From positions 44,332,001 through 44,396,000 of the forward strand of contig OZ249436.1 of NCBI GenBank assembly GCA_965235115.1: DNA of 64,000 bases, given 5' to 3'. Shown here one piece after another: positions 1 to 14,600 of this stretch; position 1 is the stretch's first letter, and each line of letters opens with the position of its first letter. The DNA comes from Laetmonice hystrix (lineage: Eukaryota). The position numbers and the translations under genes were made by a program. The notes beneath the pieces were generated by a model. The model was not told the DNA's origin and ran no database searches. It saw nothing but the letters and a program-made list of their open reading frames with translations.

Positions 1-2609
1 TCACGTAGGCTGCTCATGCTATCTCATATGCTACCTGATACGCAATTAATATATTAAAAAAGTCCCACTTGTCCTTTGTATCTTCATTACATCCCGGCTT
101 ATACAATGAGCTTAACAAAATTACGCAATTCCACTAAGGGCATAAATGGATTCTCTAATAAATACTGGTACTACGACAGGTGAGACCAATTAATGCTGAG
201 ACAGGTGAGACTAAAAAGGGAAGTGCAGTTTTCAAACTCTAAGCTACGTTACGTCGATAATATCAAGAGTTTTATTTGAGCATACTCTTTCATGACATCT
301 TCTTAGAAATCCGTAAACTCTATCCATTTACTGGAAATCCGTAAACTCTATCCTTTTACTGGCAATGCTTCATACTCCTTCCATAGACCTATATTTAGAC
401 GAAATCTCTATCAAAAACACAACACTGTTAAAGGCCTATGGTGGAAACGCTGTATCTGAGGACCTTTAACCCAACCTGATCGTCTCACCTTCGTGTGAGA
501 TGCGGGACGGATGAGAGAGTAATTACACTTCACGTGACACGCGCCGGGTCCGTGTACCATCATGTCATCATGCTCACTAACCCGTTATACCGACCAATTA
601 GGGCTTCCAACCGGTATCCATGGCCGTTAGAGACAAAATTATGCAGACCTGTAGCCAGGATTTCCAAAAGGGTGGGCCGTTTTTATGGGTGGGAAGTGGA
701 CCTTTTTCAGGAAATGCACTATTATTTTAAAGGCAGATCTTTTGGGATTAAGTAGACTTACTGCCAATGCTGCCATTGACGGTGGTGTTGCTCTTCACTA
801 AAAACGGACAAGTATTTCTGCATAGTTTTGACACGAAAAAGTGATCCTGTTTTTTTTTTTTTTTTTTTTTTGGGGGGGGGGGGGGGATGGGTAATGCTCG
901 CCCCATCCTCCTTGGACACGGCCTTATCTGGAATACATTCTGCTACAATATCCTCCCCGAATATAGGAGCATTAAAGAGGCAGGTAAAATTTCTCACTAA
1001 CGTACCTTTGAACACCAGTAACACCATGTGAAGTGTCTAAGGTCGCGCCGATAAGTGGAACACTGCCTAAGGCGACTTTTAAAAATACCGTCTTGGTCAT
1101 TCGCTATTTTCACACGCGTTACGCCGCCACTGGCTTCATGGGACTCTCACTCACTCACTACGACTGCACTACTGACTGTGTACTCTTACCGGTGACAGCA
1201 GACACCTTTTTCTCTCTCTTCACACCCTTATTGGGGCATGTTAACAAATACAGAGTTTGCGTGCGGCTATCGTTTGCAATCCTCTCTGAAATCGTCAATG
1301 AATCTGTCGCCATCACGGGTTCACAAGAAATAAGACTAAGTAAAGCAGGCAGACTAATCCCCAGATTTAAAGGTTCTCTGAAATCCTGTGATTTTAACCT
1401 AAAACATGCCAACTTCTGGGCGTCTCCAGTGCTGCAAGGGTCCCAGACCACATGACAAGTGGGATCTTTGCGATCGTCAAGGAGTTATGATATATCGACG
1501 GCAGGTGGCGTTAGTAGTACTGTTGATTAGAACCAACGCTGAGTCGTGCTGAAGCTAGTATGCCATCCTTCAACTACTGTACACTGCCTTCAAGGGGAGG
1601 AACAGCGTTTTATCCTTGTCTGATTATGATACGTAAAAGGAAGGCGAGACATGTGCAGCCTGTGGCGAACTTTTATGAAGGCTTGTGAAACTTTCTTTAA
1701 CTCAGCTACAAAATCTCCTCTCTACCGTTTTCTTTCCCCACTATCTTACATCACGTTTTGACCTTGAACTGTCAGATATTCAATCCTTCGTCATATAATA
1801 ACAGGAGAAGGAAAGATGAATGTTACAGCAATGACAAGCGTGTTTATTTTCCATCGATGGAGTGATGAAGTTAATTCACATGTACGTACCGTGCCTGTAC
1901 TTGCATGGGTATGTTTGATATCAGCACTAAATCCTCGCTCTACCTAACCCGGCAGAATCCAAGTAAGGCGTTCAAACCGTAAAAAAAAAACTTGTGTCTA
2001 AAAATATGAAGGTGTACCCTTGATGTTTCCCAAGAGTTTCCTGTTAAACTTCTGTCGCGATTTTTTACGGGGTCTAATCTGATTTAAGTACTTTGAGAAT
2101 AAAATTATGAAAGGAATTTCTCGTGATTACGGGGTAGATGAGGGGGTGGTAAGCAGAATTCTGCAGGGTACGGCACCCTTAATGTGGAACTGGAACATGC
2201 GACATCATGCACTGGTTACATCCACCGGAGTGAGTAAGTGTTGGCGGATTTACGCTGTGCCGGCAAATATGGCAATCTAAACGGTGGAAATATGGTGAAA
2301 CTAGAAGAAGCGGGATGAGGAGCCCATTAATCAAGAACAACAGGGCGCAGTTCGTAGAAACTTAAGGTCTTCCTTACGCTTAAGCCTAAGCATATATGCT
2401 TTATATCTTTTATAAAAGATGTTAAGTTTTTACCATAGACCTACACAGAATATCTACGTCTATGGCATTTATGAAGTGGGCCAAGGTGATATAAGTGAGA
2501 GCGTCTAACAATCCGTGTCACGTTTAAAAACTGTGGATTATAGGTGAAGGACAGTGAGGAATGCTTACCAAGGAAGTCTAAAGATGTATCAGAATCGGAT
2601 GTAGCGTCT

Positions 2610-4243
2610 GTTAGAAAACAACCATTTCTCTGAGTACGAGGTAGGTGAGAGATCACTCACTGATACAGGGATAAATGGTTAGAAAACAACCATTTCTCTG
2701 AGTACGAGGTAGGCGAGAGATCACTGACTGATACAGCGATAAATGGTTAGAAAACAACCATTTCTCTGAGTACGAGGTAGGCGAGAGATCACTGACTGAC
2801 ACAGGGATAAATGGTTAGAAAACAACCATTTCTCTGAGTACGAGGTAGGCGAGAGATCACTGACTGACACAGGGATAAATGGTTAGAAAACAACCATTTC
2901 TCTGAGTACGAGGTAGGCGAGAGATCACTCACTGATACAGGGATAAATGGTTAGAAAACAACCATTTCTCTGAGTACGAGGTAGGCGAGAGATCACTCAC
3001 TGATACAGGGATAAATGGTTAGAAAACAACCATTTCTCTGAGTACGAGGTCGGCGAGAGATCACTCACTGATACAGGGATAAATGGTTAGAAAACAACCA
3101 TTTCTCTGAGTACGAGGTAGGCGAGAGATCACTGACTGCTACAGGGATAAATGGTTAGAAAACAACCATTTCTCTGAGTACGAGGTAGGCGAGAGATCAC
3201 TGACTGATACGGGGATAAATGGTTAGAAAACAACCATTTCTCTGAGTACGAGGTCGGTGAGAGATCACTGACTGATACAGGGATAAATGGTTAGAAAACA
3301 ACCATTTCTCTGAGTACGAGGTAGGCGAGAGATCACTGACTGACACAGGGATAAATGGTTAGAAAACAACCATTTCTCTGAGTACGAGGTAGGCGAGAGA
3401 TCACTGACTGACACAGGGATAAATGGTTAGAAAACAACCATTTCTCTCAGTACGAGGTCGGCGAGAGATCACTCACTGATACAGGGATAAATGGTTAGAA
3501 AACAACCATTTCTCTGAGTACGAGGTAGGCGAGAGATCACTGACTGACACAGGGATAAATGGTTAGAAAACAACCATTTCTCTGAGTACGAGGTCGGCGG
3601 GAGATCACTCACTGACACAGGGATAAATGGTTAGAAAACAACCATTTCTCTGAGTACGAGGTAGGCGAGAGATCACTGACTGATACAGGGATAAATGGTT
3701 AGAAAACAACCATTTCTCTGAGTACGAGGTCGGCGAGAGATCACTCACTGATACAGGGATAAATGGTTAGAAAACAACCATTTCTCTGAGTACGAGGTAG
3801 GCGAGAGATCACTCACTGACACAGGGATAAATGGTTAGAAAACAACCATTTCTCTGAGTACGAGGTAGGCGAGAGATCACTGACTGACACAGGGATAAAT
3901 GGTTAGAAAACAACCATTTCTCTGGGTATGAGGTAGGCGAGAGATCACTGACTGATACAGGGATAAATGGTTAGAAAACAACCATTTCTCTGAGTACGAG
4001 GTAGGCGAGAGATCACTGACTGATACAGGGATAAATGGTTAGAAAACAACCAGTTCTCTGAGTACGAGGTCGGCGAGAGATCACTGACTGATACAGGGAT
4101 AAATGGTAAGAAAACAACCATTTCTCTGAGTACGAGGTCGGCGAGAGATCACTGACTGATACAGGGATAAATGGTTAGAAAACAACCATTTCTCTGAGTA
4201 CGAGGTCGGCGAGAGATCACTGACTGATACAGGGATAAATGGT
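2610..4243. repeat. 68-bp minisatellite, ~24 copies
   Basis: Unit gttagaaaacaaccatttctctgagtacgaggtaggcgagagatcactgactgatacagggataaatg. Confidence 0.97.
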
Positions 4244-5199
4244 TTGATAAATGGTTCAACACGTAGGTAACAAGATAAGATCCAGCGTCTGGTAATTATC
4301 TTATGGTATATCCGTATTCTGAACGGCACGGGTCTCATGTAGCATGGTTATCTCATTAATATGGTTATATCAATACATTTCTGGAAACAAGGTTAACACA
4401 AGACACGTCGACAATTTTATAAGATCCTTGGTGAAAAAAAAAATCTGGAAAATTTCAAACATAGTTCTGTAGTTCTGATGTTTAAGAAATGTTTCAGGAC
4501 CGTTAAGGGCAATACTTTCTCTTTGCTTCACAAGGCTATGCGACTTGTGAGATAGTCTATGTAAATTTATTGAGTTAATCTCTGAATCAAATTTCCAAAG
4601 TTCGAGGAATAAAAATGCAAACAAATTTAAACCAAATCGCAAATCCATTGACGTAGATTTTCCGTCGGCGGTAGGTGGCGTTAGTAGTAGTGTTGATTAG
4701 AAACTCTACTATCGCGGTAATAAAAGCAGCCTGTTTCACGATATGGACAGTGCTGCCACTCTGGGTCTGACAAATCGCTGCCTAAGATGGGAGTTTCAGT
4801 GGATCTGAGAAATTTCCTAACCGTACATGTCACGTATCATGTCACACAAAATGTTGAGAGTTGGCACTGGAGACAGGTATTCTACTGTTTATATTTGGCT
4901 GTCGTTGTCCGTACTACTGTCAGACAAAGCCGGGGAGGAGGGAGCGGGTTACAAGACGACTGTTTCTCAATTCCACGAAATTGCAGGTATCATTGTGCGA
5001 GTGAGAATATGAACCACTCGTTTTTCACAGCACGTTATGCACTGAGTGCCACCCGTTGTCGTACTCCAAGTACCAGCTGTTCATGTATTGCAATCAGCGT
5101 ACCAAGGCCCTTTATCCCTGTCACATGCTGCACCTGGTAACCTTTAGACACAGTACATAACAATTACCATTTATAGCTGTGGATCAACTGGCCTACACA

Positions 5200-5410
5200 G
5201 CCTCAAAACCTTCCCCGCCCTCAGCCCCCCCCCCCCCACCCTTCACACCTCCCAACACCCTGCCCCCGCCCTCAGCCCCCCCCCCACCCGCTCCAACACC
5301 CTCCCCCGCCCTCAGACCCCCCCCCCCCACTTCCCCCGCCCTCAGCCTGCCCTCAGCCTGCCCCCACCCAACACCCTCCCCCCGCCTTCAGCCCCCCCCC
5401 CCCCCCACGA
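5200..5410. repeat. C-rich low-complexity repeat
   Basis: ccccgccctcagcccc-type units with poly-C runs. Confidence 0.85.
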
Positions 5411-5437
5411 CCGTTAATGGCTGCATACAACACTCAC

Positions 5438-5649
5438 CTGGTGTGGAGGGCGCCGTACCTTGCCGTGACCGTCGTCCATGACTCGGTGGCTCAGCCCGCC
5501 GTCCAGACACGGGCCGATCAGACCGCCGCCCGGACTCGGGACGGTCCGCCCTCCGACCTGACGTCGGCCGGTCCACCCGCTTCCCCGACCCTGGCCGGTC
5601 GGACTTCTTGGATCGTCCATCATCGAGTACTGTCATCAGATGACCAGTG
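5438..5649 (-). CDS. KATNIP: KATNIP putative exon 22 (TGHLMTVLDDG...4x DRPxSGR/K...PSTP)
   Basis: TTTTGTTGTAG| acceptor, CAG|GTGAGT donor; GC-rich open frame with RPxSG repeats. Confidence 0.68.
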
Positions 5650-8600
5650 CTACAACAAAACCAAACACAAAGTCATGTAAAAATCTAAAAAAACAAAGTC
5701 AAGATGGCATCCTGGGCCCAGATTTTCAAAATTTCTCAACTTGAGTAAAGCTTACTTAAACTTTAAGTTGAGAATTTTTGAAAAAAGGGCCTGACCCACT
5801 GGCCCGGTCGGCCGATTTTGCTATGGTTGGCCGTGGTGGACAGAAATCAAGAATGCATCTCACCGAAAACATAAAAGCATGTACTCGTGAATTTTAATTT
5901 TACGGCCAATCCTAACGGTGAAATGCCTAAATCGGCCGGCCGGTCGGGCCAGTGGATCAGGCCCCCAAATCTCACTGTACAGCAAGGGTGTATGAATGGA
6001 ATGGATTGCTCTTTCAGACACCGAGAGACGGCGGTGTCAGCGATTTTACAATTCAAAAGGACTTTAGCCATACACGGCATACATTAATAAGAATAACTTT
6101 GTTTTTGACGGGTCGATAGAGAGAATTAAATTCCCTTCATTTTGTCAACCGGTGTCGCGGTTCTCCGGGATGTTAGCTGCATAGCCGTGTGTTCTCGTCG
6201 AACTATCCGAAATCTCAGGTCTCAATCGAGTCACATGTAATAACTCTCATCTTCTCTGCGATATTTGGTTTACAATTTGCCTATCCAGGCTGTCGTTTAT
6301 TACTGTTTGGAAGAAAACTCCACCGGCCACCAGCTAGCGACTCGTGCGTGCTCACTTAGTTAGATCCAGCATCTAAACAATAGGAAACCATGCTCCCGGA
6401 GATCTGAGACCGACGGAGATCTGAGTCCGGGACACCGGCCTGACGACATTATTCTGAGAAGATTTTGTAATTGCACATCAATCATTTTTGAAACACTTCA
6501 TCATTTCTCACCCAGCTTTCGGCCAGTTTTCAAGGAGGTTCTCATCCTCATGGATCTCCTCCTCGTCAACATCTTCAGCCACTTCTACAATCAAAGATTT
6601 CAATGGCATTTCCCGCAACAATGACTTTACAATGAATAAAACTTTTCATGACGTAATCACATAGGAAATCATTAGTTATTTCAGTGTAATTTTCATCTTG
6701 GTTGAATCTGCTTTTTAAAGTATTGAAGTTTTTAAGTATTAATTATCTGGTTATGTTTAGACTGTCATCAAAGAGGTAAAAAGGTTGGATTTGTCCACTA
6801 AAAAAAAGACATCTTAATATAATTATTCATAACATTGGCAATTACGTTTTCCGTTAGAGTGCTTTACATGTTATGGATCTGAGCAGAATGATCTTCAGCG
6901 ACACCTTAAACTTTTTTTACACGTGCCAATATCGTGGCCAGATTCAGGAAACATCCTTCACCTTGCGCTAAGGTCCCACTATTCTGATCGCAATAAAAAA
7001 GATTCCTACCATTTCCATCTTTATCAAGCCAAGGTGGCAAACTTTTCTTGTTTCTGAAATAGAAAACGTTACATGATTGATATCATTCTGATGAAAAATA
7101 TTAAAATATATCGCCATCACAATACTTTACTTAATCAGAGAAGGTTCTTGGGTCCAAATGAAAATGACCCGAGTCTTAAAGTCCAACAGACATCAAAATT
7201 TACATGAAATTTAGTGCCAGATCCTGATGATACATGTAATTTGTTGTTGTTTAACTTAAAGGAGCGGTTATTGTACAAGAATATCAACTGTGTGTAAGCC
7301 GTTTTAAAGACCAATTCCCCTAGTGACGTCATTAGGGGCAATGGTAAAGAATAGGCAGGAGTGAGACTGTGATGAGGCACGAGATTCGAATTTTCAATAT
7401 TTTTCTAAATTGAGAGGACTTCTCAGAAAGCCTATCAGGGATACGGCTAGAACTCAAAGTGATCTATCTAGATCAGTAAAGTTACCTATGTGATGTCAGT
7501 TGCACTTTAAAGAACCGAGACATATCTTTGTTTAATTGTACCGGTACCGGTACACAAAGTGCTACCGGTACACAAAGTGCTACCGGTACACAAAGTGCTA
7601 CCGGTACACAAAGTGCTACCGGTACACAAAGTGCTACCGGTACACAAAGTGCTACCGGTACACAAAGTGCTACCGGTACACAAAGTGCTACCGGTACACA
7701 AAGTGCTACCGGTACACAAAAGGCAACTGTTCCAGCTTCGCCTCTATCACCACAAAGATGGATAGTTCATAAACAACCGCCCGCAACAGTTATGATCAAT
7801 TACCTTTTAAGATATCTACAGAACAATCTTTCTGAGAGAAAGTACCGTTCTTTTGGATTGAAGTGAGATTCCCAGTTGAACACCTGCTACACTAGGAGGT
7901 AACTTATACGCCGCTTCATTCAGTACCGTAATTATAACCCTTTGATTGTCCTATCTTGATTCAGTACCGTAATTATAACCCTTTGATTGTCCTATCTTGA
8001 TTGTACCGTAATTATAACCCTTTGATTGTCCTATCTTGATTCAATACCGTAATTATAACCCTTTGATTGCCCTATCTTGATTCAGTACCGTAATTATAAC
8101 CCTTTGATTGCCCTATCTTGATTCAATACCGTAATTATAACCCTTTGATTGTCCTATCTTGATTCAATACCGTAATTATAACCCTTTGATTGTCCTATCT
8201 TGATTCAATACGTAATTATAACCCTTTGATTGTCCTATCTTGATTCAGTACCGTAATTATAACCCTTTGATTGTCCTATCTTCATTCAGTACCGTAATTA
8301 TAACCCTTTGATTGTCCTATCTTCATTCAGTACCGTAATTATAACCCTTTGATTGTCCTATCTTCATTCAGTACCGTAATTATAACCCTTTGATTGTCCT
8401 ATCTTGATTCAGTACCGTAATTATAACCCTTTGATTGTCCTATCTTGATTCAGTACCGTAATTATAACCCTTTGATTGTCCTATCTTGATTGTACCGTAA
8501 TTATAACCCTTTGATTGTCCTATCTTCATTCAGTACCGTAATTATAACCCTTTGATTGTCCTATCTTGATTCAGTACCGTAATTATAACCCTTTGATTGT

Positions 8601-11600
8601 CCTATCTTCATTCAGTACCGTAATTATAACCCTTTGATTGTCCTATCTTGATTCATTACCGTAATTATAACCCTTTGATTGTCCTATCTTCATTCAGTAC
8701 CGTCATTATAACCCTTTGATTGTCCTATCTTGATTGTACCGTAATTATAACCCTTTGATTGTCCTATGTTGATTCAGTACCGTAATTATAACCCTTTGAT
8801 TGTCCTATCTTGATTCAGTACCGTCATTATAACCCTTTGATTGTCCTAACTTGATTGTACCGTCATTATAACCCTTTGATTGTCCTAACTTGATTCAGTA
8901 CCGTAATTATAACCCTTTGATTGTCCTATCTTCATTCAGTACCGTAATTATAACCCTTTGATTGTCCTATCTTCATTCAGTACCGTAATTATAACCCTTT
9001 GATTGTCCTATCTTGATTGTACCGTAATTATAACCCTTTGCTTGTCCTATCTTGATTGTACCGTAATTATAACCCTTTGATTGTCCTATCTTGATTCAGT
9101 ACCGTAATTATAACCCTTTGATTGTCCTATCTTGATTCAGTACCGTAATTATAACCCTTTGATTGTCTTATCTTGATTGTACCGTAATTATAACCCTTTG
9201 ATTGTCCTATCTTCATTCTGTACCGTAATTATAACCCTTTGATTGTCCTAACTTGATTGTACCGTAATTATAACCCTTTGATTGTCCTATCTTGATTCAG
9301 TACCGTAATTATAACTCTTTGATTGTCCTAACTTGATTGTACCGTAATTATAACTCTTTGATTGTCCTATCTTGATTGTATCGTAATTATAACCCTTTGA
9401 TTGTCCTATCTTCATTCAGTACCGTAATTATAACTCTTTGATTGTCCTATCTTGATTGTACCGTAATTATAACCCTTTGATTGTCCTATCTTGATTGTAC
9501 CGTAATTATAACCCTTTGATTGTCCTATCTTCATTCAGTACCGTAATTATAACCCTTTGACTGTCCTATCTTGATTGTACCGTAATTATAACCCTTTGAT
9601 TGTCCTATCTTGATTCAGTACCGTAATTATAACCCTTTGATTGTCCTATCTTGATTCAGTACCGAAATTATAACCCTTTGATTGTCCTATCTTGATTCAG
9701 TACCGTAATTATAACCCTTTGATTGTCCTATCTTGATTCAGTACCGTAATTATAACCCTTTGATTGTCCTATCTTGATTCAGTACCGTAATTATAACCCT
9801 TTGATTGTCCTATCTTGATTCAGTACCGTAATTATAACCCTTTGATTGTCCTAACTTGATTCAGTACCGTAATTATAACCCTTTGATTGTCCTAACTTGA
9901 TTCAGTACCGTAATTATAACCCTTTGATTGTCCTAACTTGATTCAGTACCATAATTATAACCTTTTGATTGTCCTATCTTGATTCAGTACCGAAATTATA
10001 ACCCTTTGATTGTCCTATCTTGATTGTACCGTAATTATAACCCTTTGATTGTCCTATCTTGATTCAGTACCGTAATTATAACCCTTTGATTATCCTATCT
10101 TCATTCAGTACCGTAATTATAACCCTTTGATTGTCCTATCTTGATTTTACCGTAATTATAACCCTTTGATTGTCCTATCTTGATTCAGTACCGTAATTAT
10201 AACCCTTTGATTGTCCTATCTTGATTTTACCGTAATTATAACCCTTTGATTGTCCTATCTTAATTCAGTACCGTAATTATAACCCTTTGATTGTCCTATC
10301 TTGATTTTACCGTAATTATAACCCTTTGATTGTCCTATCTTGATTCAGTACCGTAATTATAACCCTTTGATTGTCCTATCTTGATTCAGTACCGTAATTA
10401 TAACCCTTTGATTGTCCTAACTTGATTGTACCGTCATTATAACCCTTTGATTGTCCTAACTTGATTCAGTACCGTAATTATAACCCTTTGATTGTCCTAT
10501 CTTCATTCAGTACCGTAATTATAACCCTTTGATTGTCCTATCTTCATTCAGTACCGTAATTATAACCCTTTGATTGTCCTATCTTGATTGTACCGTAATT
10601 ATAACCCTTTGACTGTCCTATCTTGATTGTACCGTAATTATAACCCTTTGATTGTCCTATCTTGATTCAGTACCGTAATTATAACACTTTGATTGTCCTA
10701 TCTTCATTCAGTACCGTAATTATAACCCTTTGATTGTCCTATCTTCATTCAGTACCGTAATTATAACCCTTTGATTGTCCTATCTTCATTCAGTACCGTA
10801 ATTATAACCCTTTGATTGTCCTATCTTGATTCAGTACCGTAATTATAACCCTTTGATTGTCTTATCTTGATTCATTACCGTAATTATAACCCTTTGATTG
10901 TCCTATCTTGATTGTACCGTAATTATAACCCTTTGATTGCCCTATCTTCATTCAGTACCGTAATTATAACCCTTTGATTGTCCTAACTTGATTGTACCGT
11001 AATTATAACCCTTTGATTGTCCTATCTTGATTCAGTACCGTAATTATAACTCTTTGATTGTCCTAACTTGATTGTACCGTAATTATAACTCTTTGATTGT
11101 CCTATCTTGATTGTATCGTAATTATAACCCTTTGATTGTCCTATCTTCATTCAGTACCGTAATTATAACCCTTTGATTGTCCTATCTTGATTGTACCGTA
11201 ATTATAACCCTTTGATTGTCCTATCTTGATTGTACCGTAATTATAACCCTTTGATTGTCCTATCTTGATTCAGTACCGTAATTATAACCCTTTGACTGTC
11301 CTATCTTGATTGTACCGTAATTATAACCCTTTGATTGTCCTATCTTGATTCAGTACCGTAATTATAACCCTTTGATTGTCCTATCTTGATTCAGTACCGA
11401 AATTATAACCCTTTGATTGTCCTATCTTGATTCAGTACCGTAATTATAACCCTTTGATTGTCCTATCTTGATTCAGTACCGTAATTATAACCCTTTGATT
11501 GTCCTATCTTGATTCAGTACCGTAATTATAACCCTTTGATTGTCCTATCTTGATTCAGTACCGTAATTATAACCCTTTGATTGTCCTATCTTGATTGTAC

Positions 11601-14600
11601 CGTAATTATAACCCTTTGCTTGTCCTATCTTGATTGTACCGTAATTATAACCCTTTGATTGTCCTATCTTCATTCAGTACCGTAATTATAACCCTTTGAT
11701 TGTCCTATCTTCATTCAGTACCGTAATTATAACCCTTTGATTGTCCTATCTTCATTCAGTACCGTAATTATAACCCTTTGATTGTCCTATCTTCATTCAG
11801 TACCGTAATTATAACCCTTTGATTGTCCTATCTTCATTCAGTACCGTAATTATAACCCTTTGATTGTCCTATCTTCATTCAGTACCGTAATTATAACCCT
11901 TTGATTGTCCTATCCAAGCACCGTCCTCTTGTCGCGATCCTCATTTAGAAATATATTTGAAAATGAAACGTGTTGAAAGTTAATTGGCTCTTCAGGGATA
12001 ACTTCATTAACGTTTCAGCCTACTCTTCGCAATTAGAAACGTCTTGATAAGATTTACTCCATCCTGACAAAGGACGTTGTAAATGGCCTAGCCCGCAGTC
12101 AGTGTGTATTTGTACAATTCGTGGGTTGTGGAAACTGTTATCTCAAACATTAATGGTTTCTGATGACAGAAGGATAGAAGGAGGACCATTTGATATTAAA
12201 CCTGATAAGTTGTTTTTATGTTGATCAGTCGATGAGTGTTTGTGAAGATGTTTTCTGTTTGATTGGTTCTGTACATCACTGAGCCATGCTGCCGGGGAAA
12301 CCCCCATCAGTGTCGCTCTAACAAACACCCGACACAGGCCAATATGAGGTCAGTGTCGCCGTACCAAACACCCGACACAGGCCAATATGAGGTACGAGTA
12401 TCGCTAATGAGAGACAGTGAAGGCAATCATAATCAAAGACTGCATCCAGACAGCTGCCTGTTTCTTTCATTCAAACGATTTTATCATTTTGGCCTGTCTC
12501 GGATATGGAAAATGTTATATTACCTTACACAAATCACGAATACAGTGGATAGATTCACACAGAATTAAAGCCGTGTCCTCACAATATCAACACAAACCAA
12601 GCGGAGTGGATAGGTTGGGAGATTAATGCATGGGGTGAGGGTGGGGGTTATTCAAGGATCGAAGATTATCCAGTACCTAGGTCAGAGGGTGTACATAACA
12701 AAGATAAATATGTCCAAGTATCTTCATTCCATACAACAACGCCATACCAAAGTTCTGCGATCACTCAAGGCGAGTTGAACTGATCACAGTGACACCCCCC
12801 GGGTTGTATGGGGGGCGGGTTGTATGGGGGGGGGGGGGGGGGTTGTAGGGGGGCGGGTTGTATGGGGGGGGGGGGGGTTGTAGGGGGGCGGGTTGTATGG
12901 GGGGCGGGTTGTATGGGGGGGGCGGGTTGTATGGGGGGGGGCGGGTTGTATGGGGCGGGTTGTACGGGGGCGGGTTGTATGGGCGCGGGTTGTATGGGGC
13001 CGGGTTGTATGGGCGCGGGTTGTATGGGAGTGGGTTGTATGGAGGCGGGTTGTATGGGAGTGGGTTGTATGGGGGCGGGTTGTACGGGGGGCGGGTTGTA
13101 TGGGGCGGGTTGTATGGGGCGGTTTGTACGGGGCGGGTTGTATGGGGGGGCGGGTTGTATGTGGGCGGGTTGTATGGGCGCGGGTTGTACGGGGGGCGGG
13201 TTGTATGGGGGGGGCGGGTTGTATGGGGCGCGTTGTATGGGGCGGGTTGTACGGGGGCGGCTTGTATGGGGCGGGTTGTACGGGGCGGGTTGTATGGGGC
13301 GGGTTGTACGGGGCGGGTTGTATGGAGGGCGGGTTGTATGGGCGCGGGTTGTATGGGGGCGGTTGTATGGGAGCGGGTTGTATGGGGCGGGTTGTACGGG
13401 GGCGGGTTGCACAGGGCGGGTTGTATGGGGCGGGTTGTTCGTGGCGGGTTGTATGGGGCTGGAATGGGTGTTCATTGTCACTGCGAACTAAACAACGACG
13501 ACTACTCAATCCTCACAACAAGAAGTCACGTCGGCGGGATAATGTACAGCCGTCGGCCCTCACGGAGGATTCACTGAACTAATACATTGTGTGAGAGAAA
13601 GCAGAAACTGACAATTGACAGATTATGTTCTTTGGGGTCCCACTCATTACAATACATCCTCCTCTGTACACCATGAATGAATGTGCTCAATCAACACATT
13701 AAATAAAGACATGAATTGCCCTCACAGGACGCACAAACACCCTCACCCCTTTTAGATTTTTTTCGGGTAGATATAATATATAGCGAATGCATTATCCTAG
13801 AAAAATATTCAGTAGTTCTAGAATTGGCATGAAACACTGCATACCTTCCACATATTTTTTTATTTAATTAACTGTACCCTACGAAAGCACATGAAGGTCA
13901 AAGTAATTTTCTCCTTTGCGGTTACTAAATTGCGGTTACTAAATGCGGAGATTTGGCAGGTATGGGTTTATCTATGCGGTTACTAAGTGTGGAGATTTGG
14001 CAGGTATGGGTTTATCTCTCCGATTGCGGTTACTAAGTACAGAGATTTGACAGGAATGGGTTTATCTCTCCGATTGCGGTTACTAAGTGCGGAGATTTGG
14101 CAGGTATGGGTTTATCTATGCGGTTACTAAGTGCGGAGTTTGGCAGGTATGGGTTTATCTATGCGGTTACTAAGTGCGGAGTTTGGCAGGTATGGGTTTA
14201 TCTGTGCGGTTACTAAGTGCGGAGTTTGGCAGGTATGGGTTTATCTATGCGGTTACTAAGTGCGGAGTTTGGCAGGTATGGGTTTATCTATGCGGTTACT
14301 AAGTGCGGAGATTTGGCAGGTATGGGTTTATCTATGCGGTTATTAAGTGCAGATATTTGGCAGGTATGGGTTTATCTATGCGGTTATTAAGTGCGGAGTT
14401 TGGCAGGTATGGGTTTATCTATGCGGTTACTAAGTGCGGAGTTTGGCAGGTATGGGTTTATCTATGCGGTTACTAAGTGCGGAGTTTGGCAGGTATGGGT
14501 TTATCTATGCGGTTACTAAGTGCGGAGATTTGGCAGGTATGGGTTTATCTATGCGGTTATTAAGTGCAGATATTTGGCAGGTATGGGTTTATCTATGCGG

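Noticed and set aside
6149..6438. Possible MITE with ccggtgtc..gacaccgg ends
   Set aside because: Short imperfect TIR and no TSD.
7507..7866. TGTQSA repeat ORF resembling ice-binding or mucin repeats
   Set aside because: Perfect 18-bp repeat open in several frames with no synonymous variation; intronic.
2610..11913. Regular repeats as possible CRISPR arrays
   Set aside because: Head-to-tail units without unique spacers, no cas genes, eukaryotic intron context.
12765..13582. Pro-rich or Gly-rich ORFs resembling extensin or structural proteins
   Set aside because: Translations of a G-rich minisatellite whose variable G-runs do not preserve frame.
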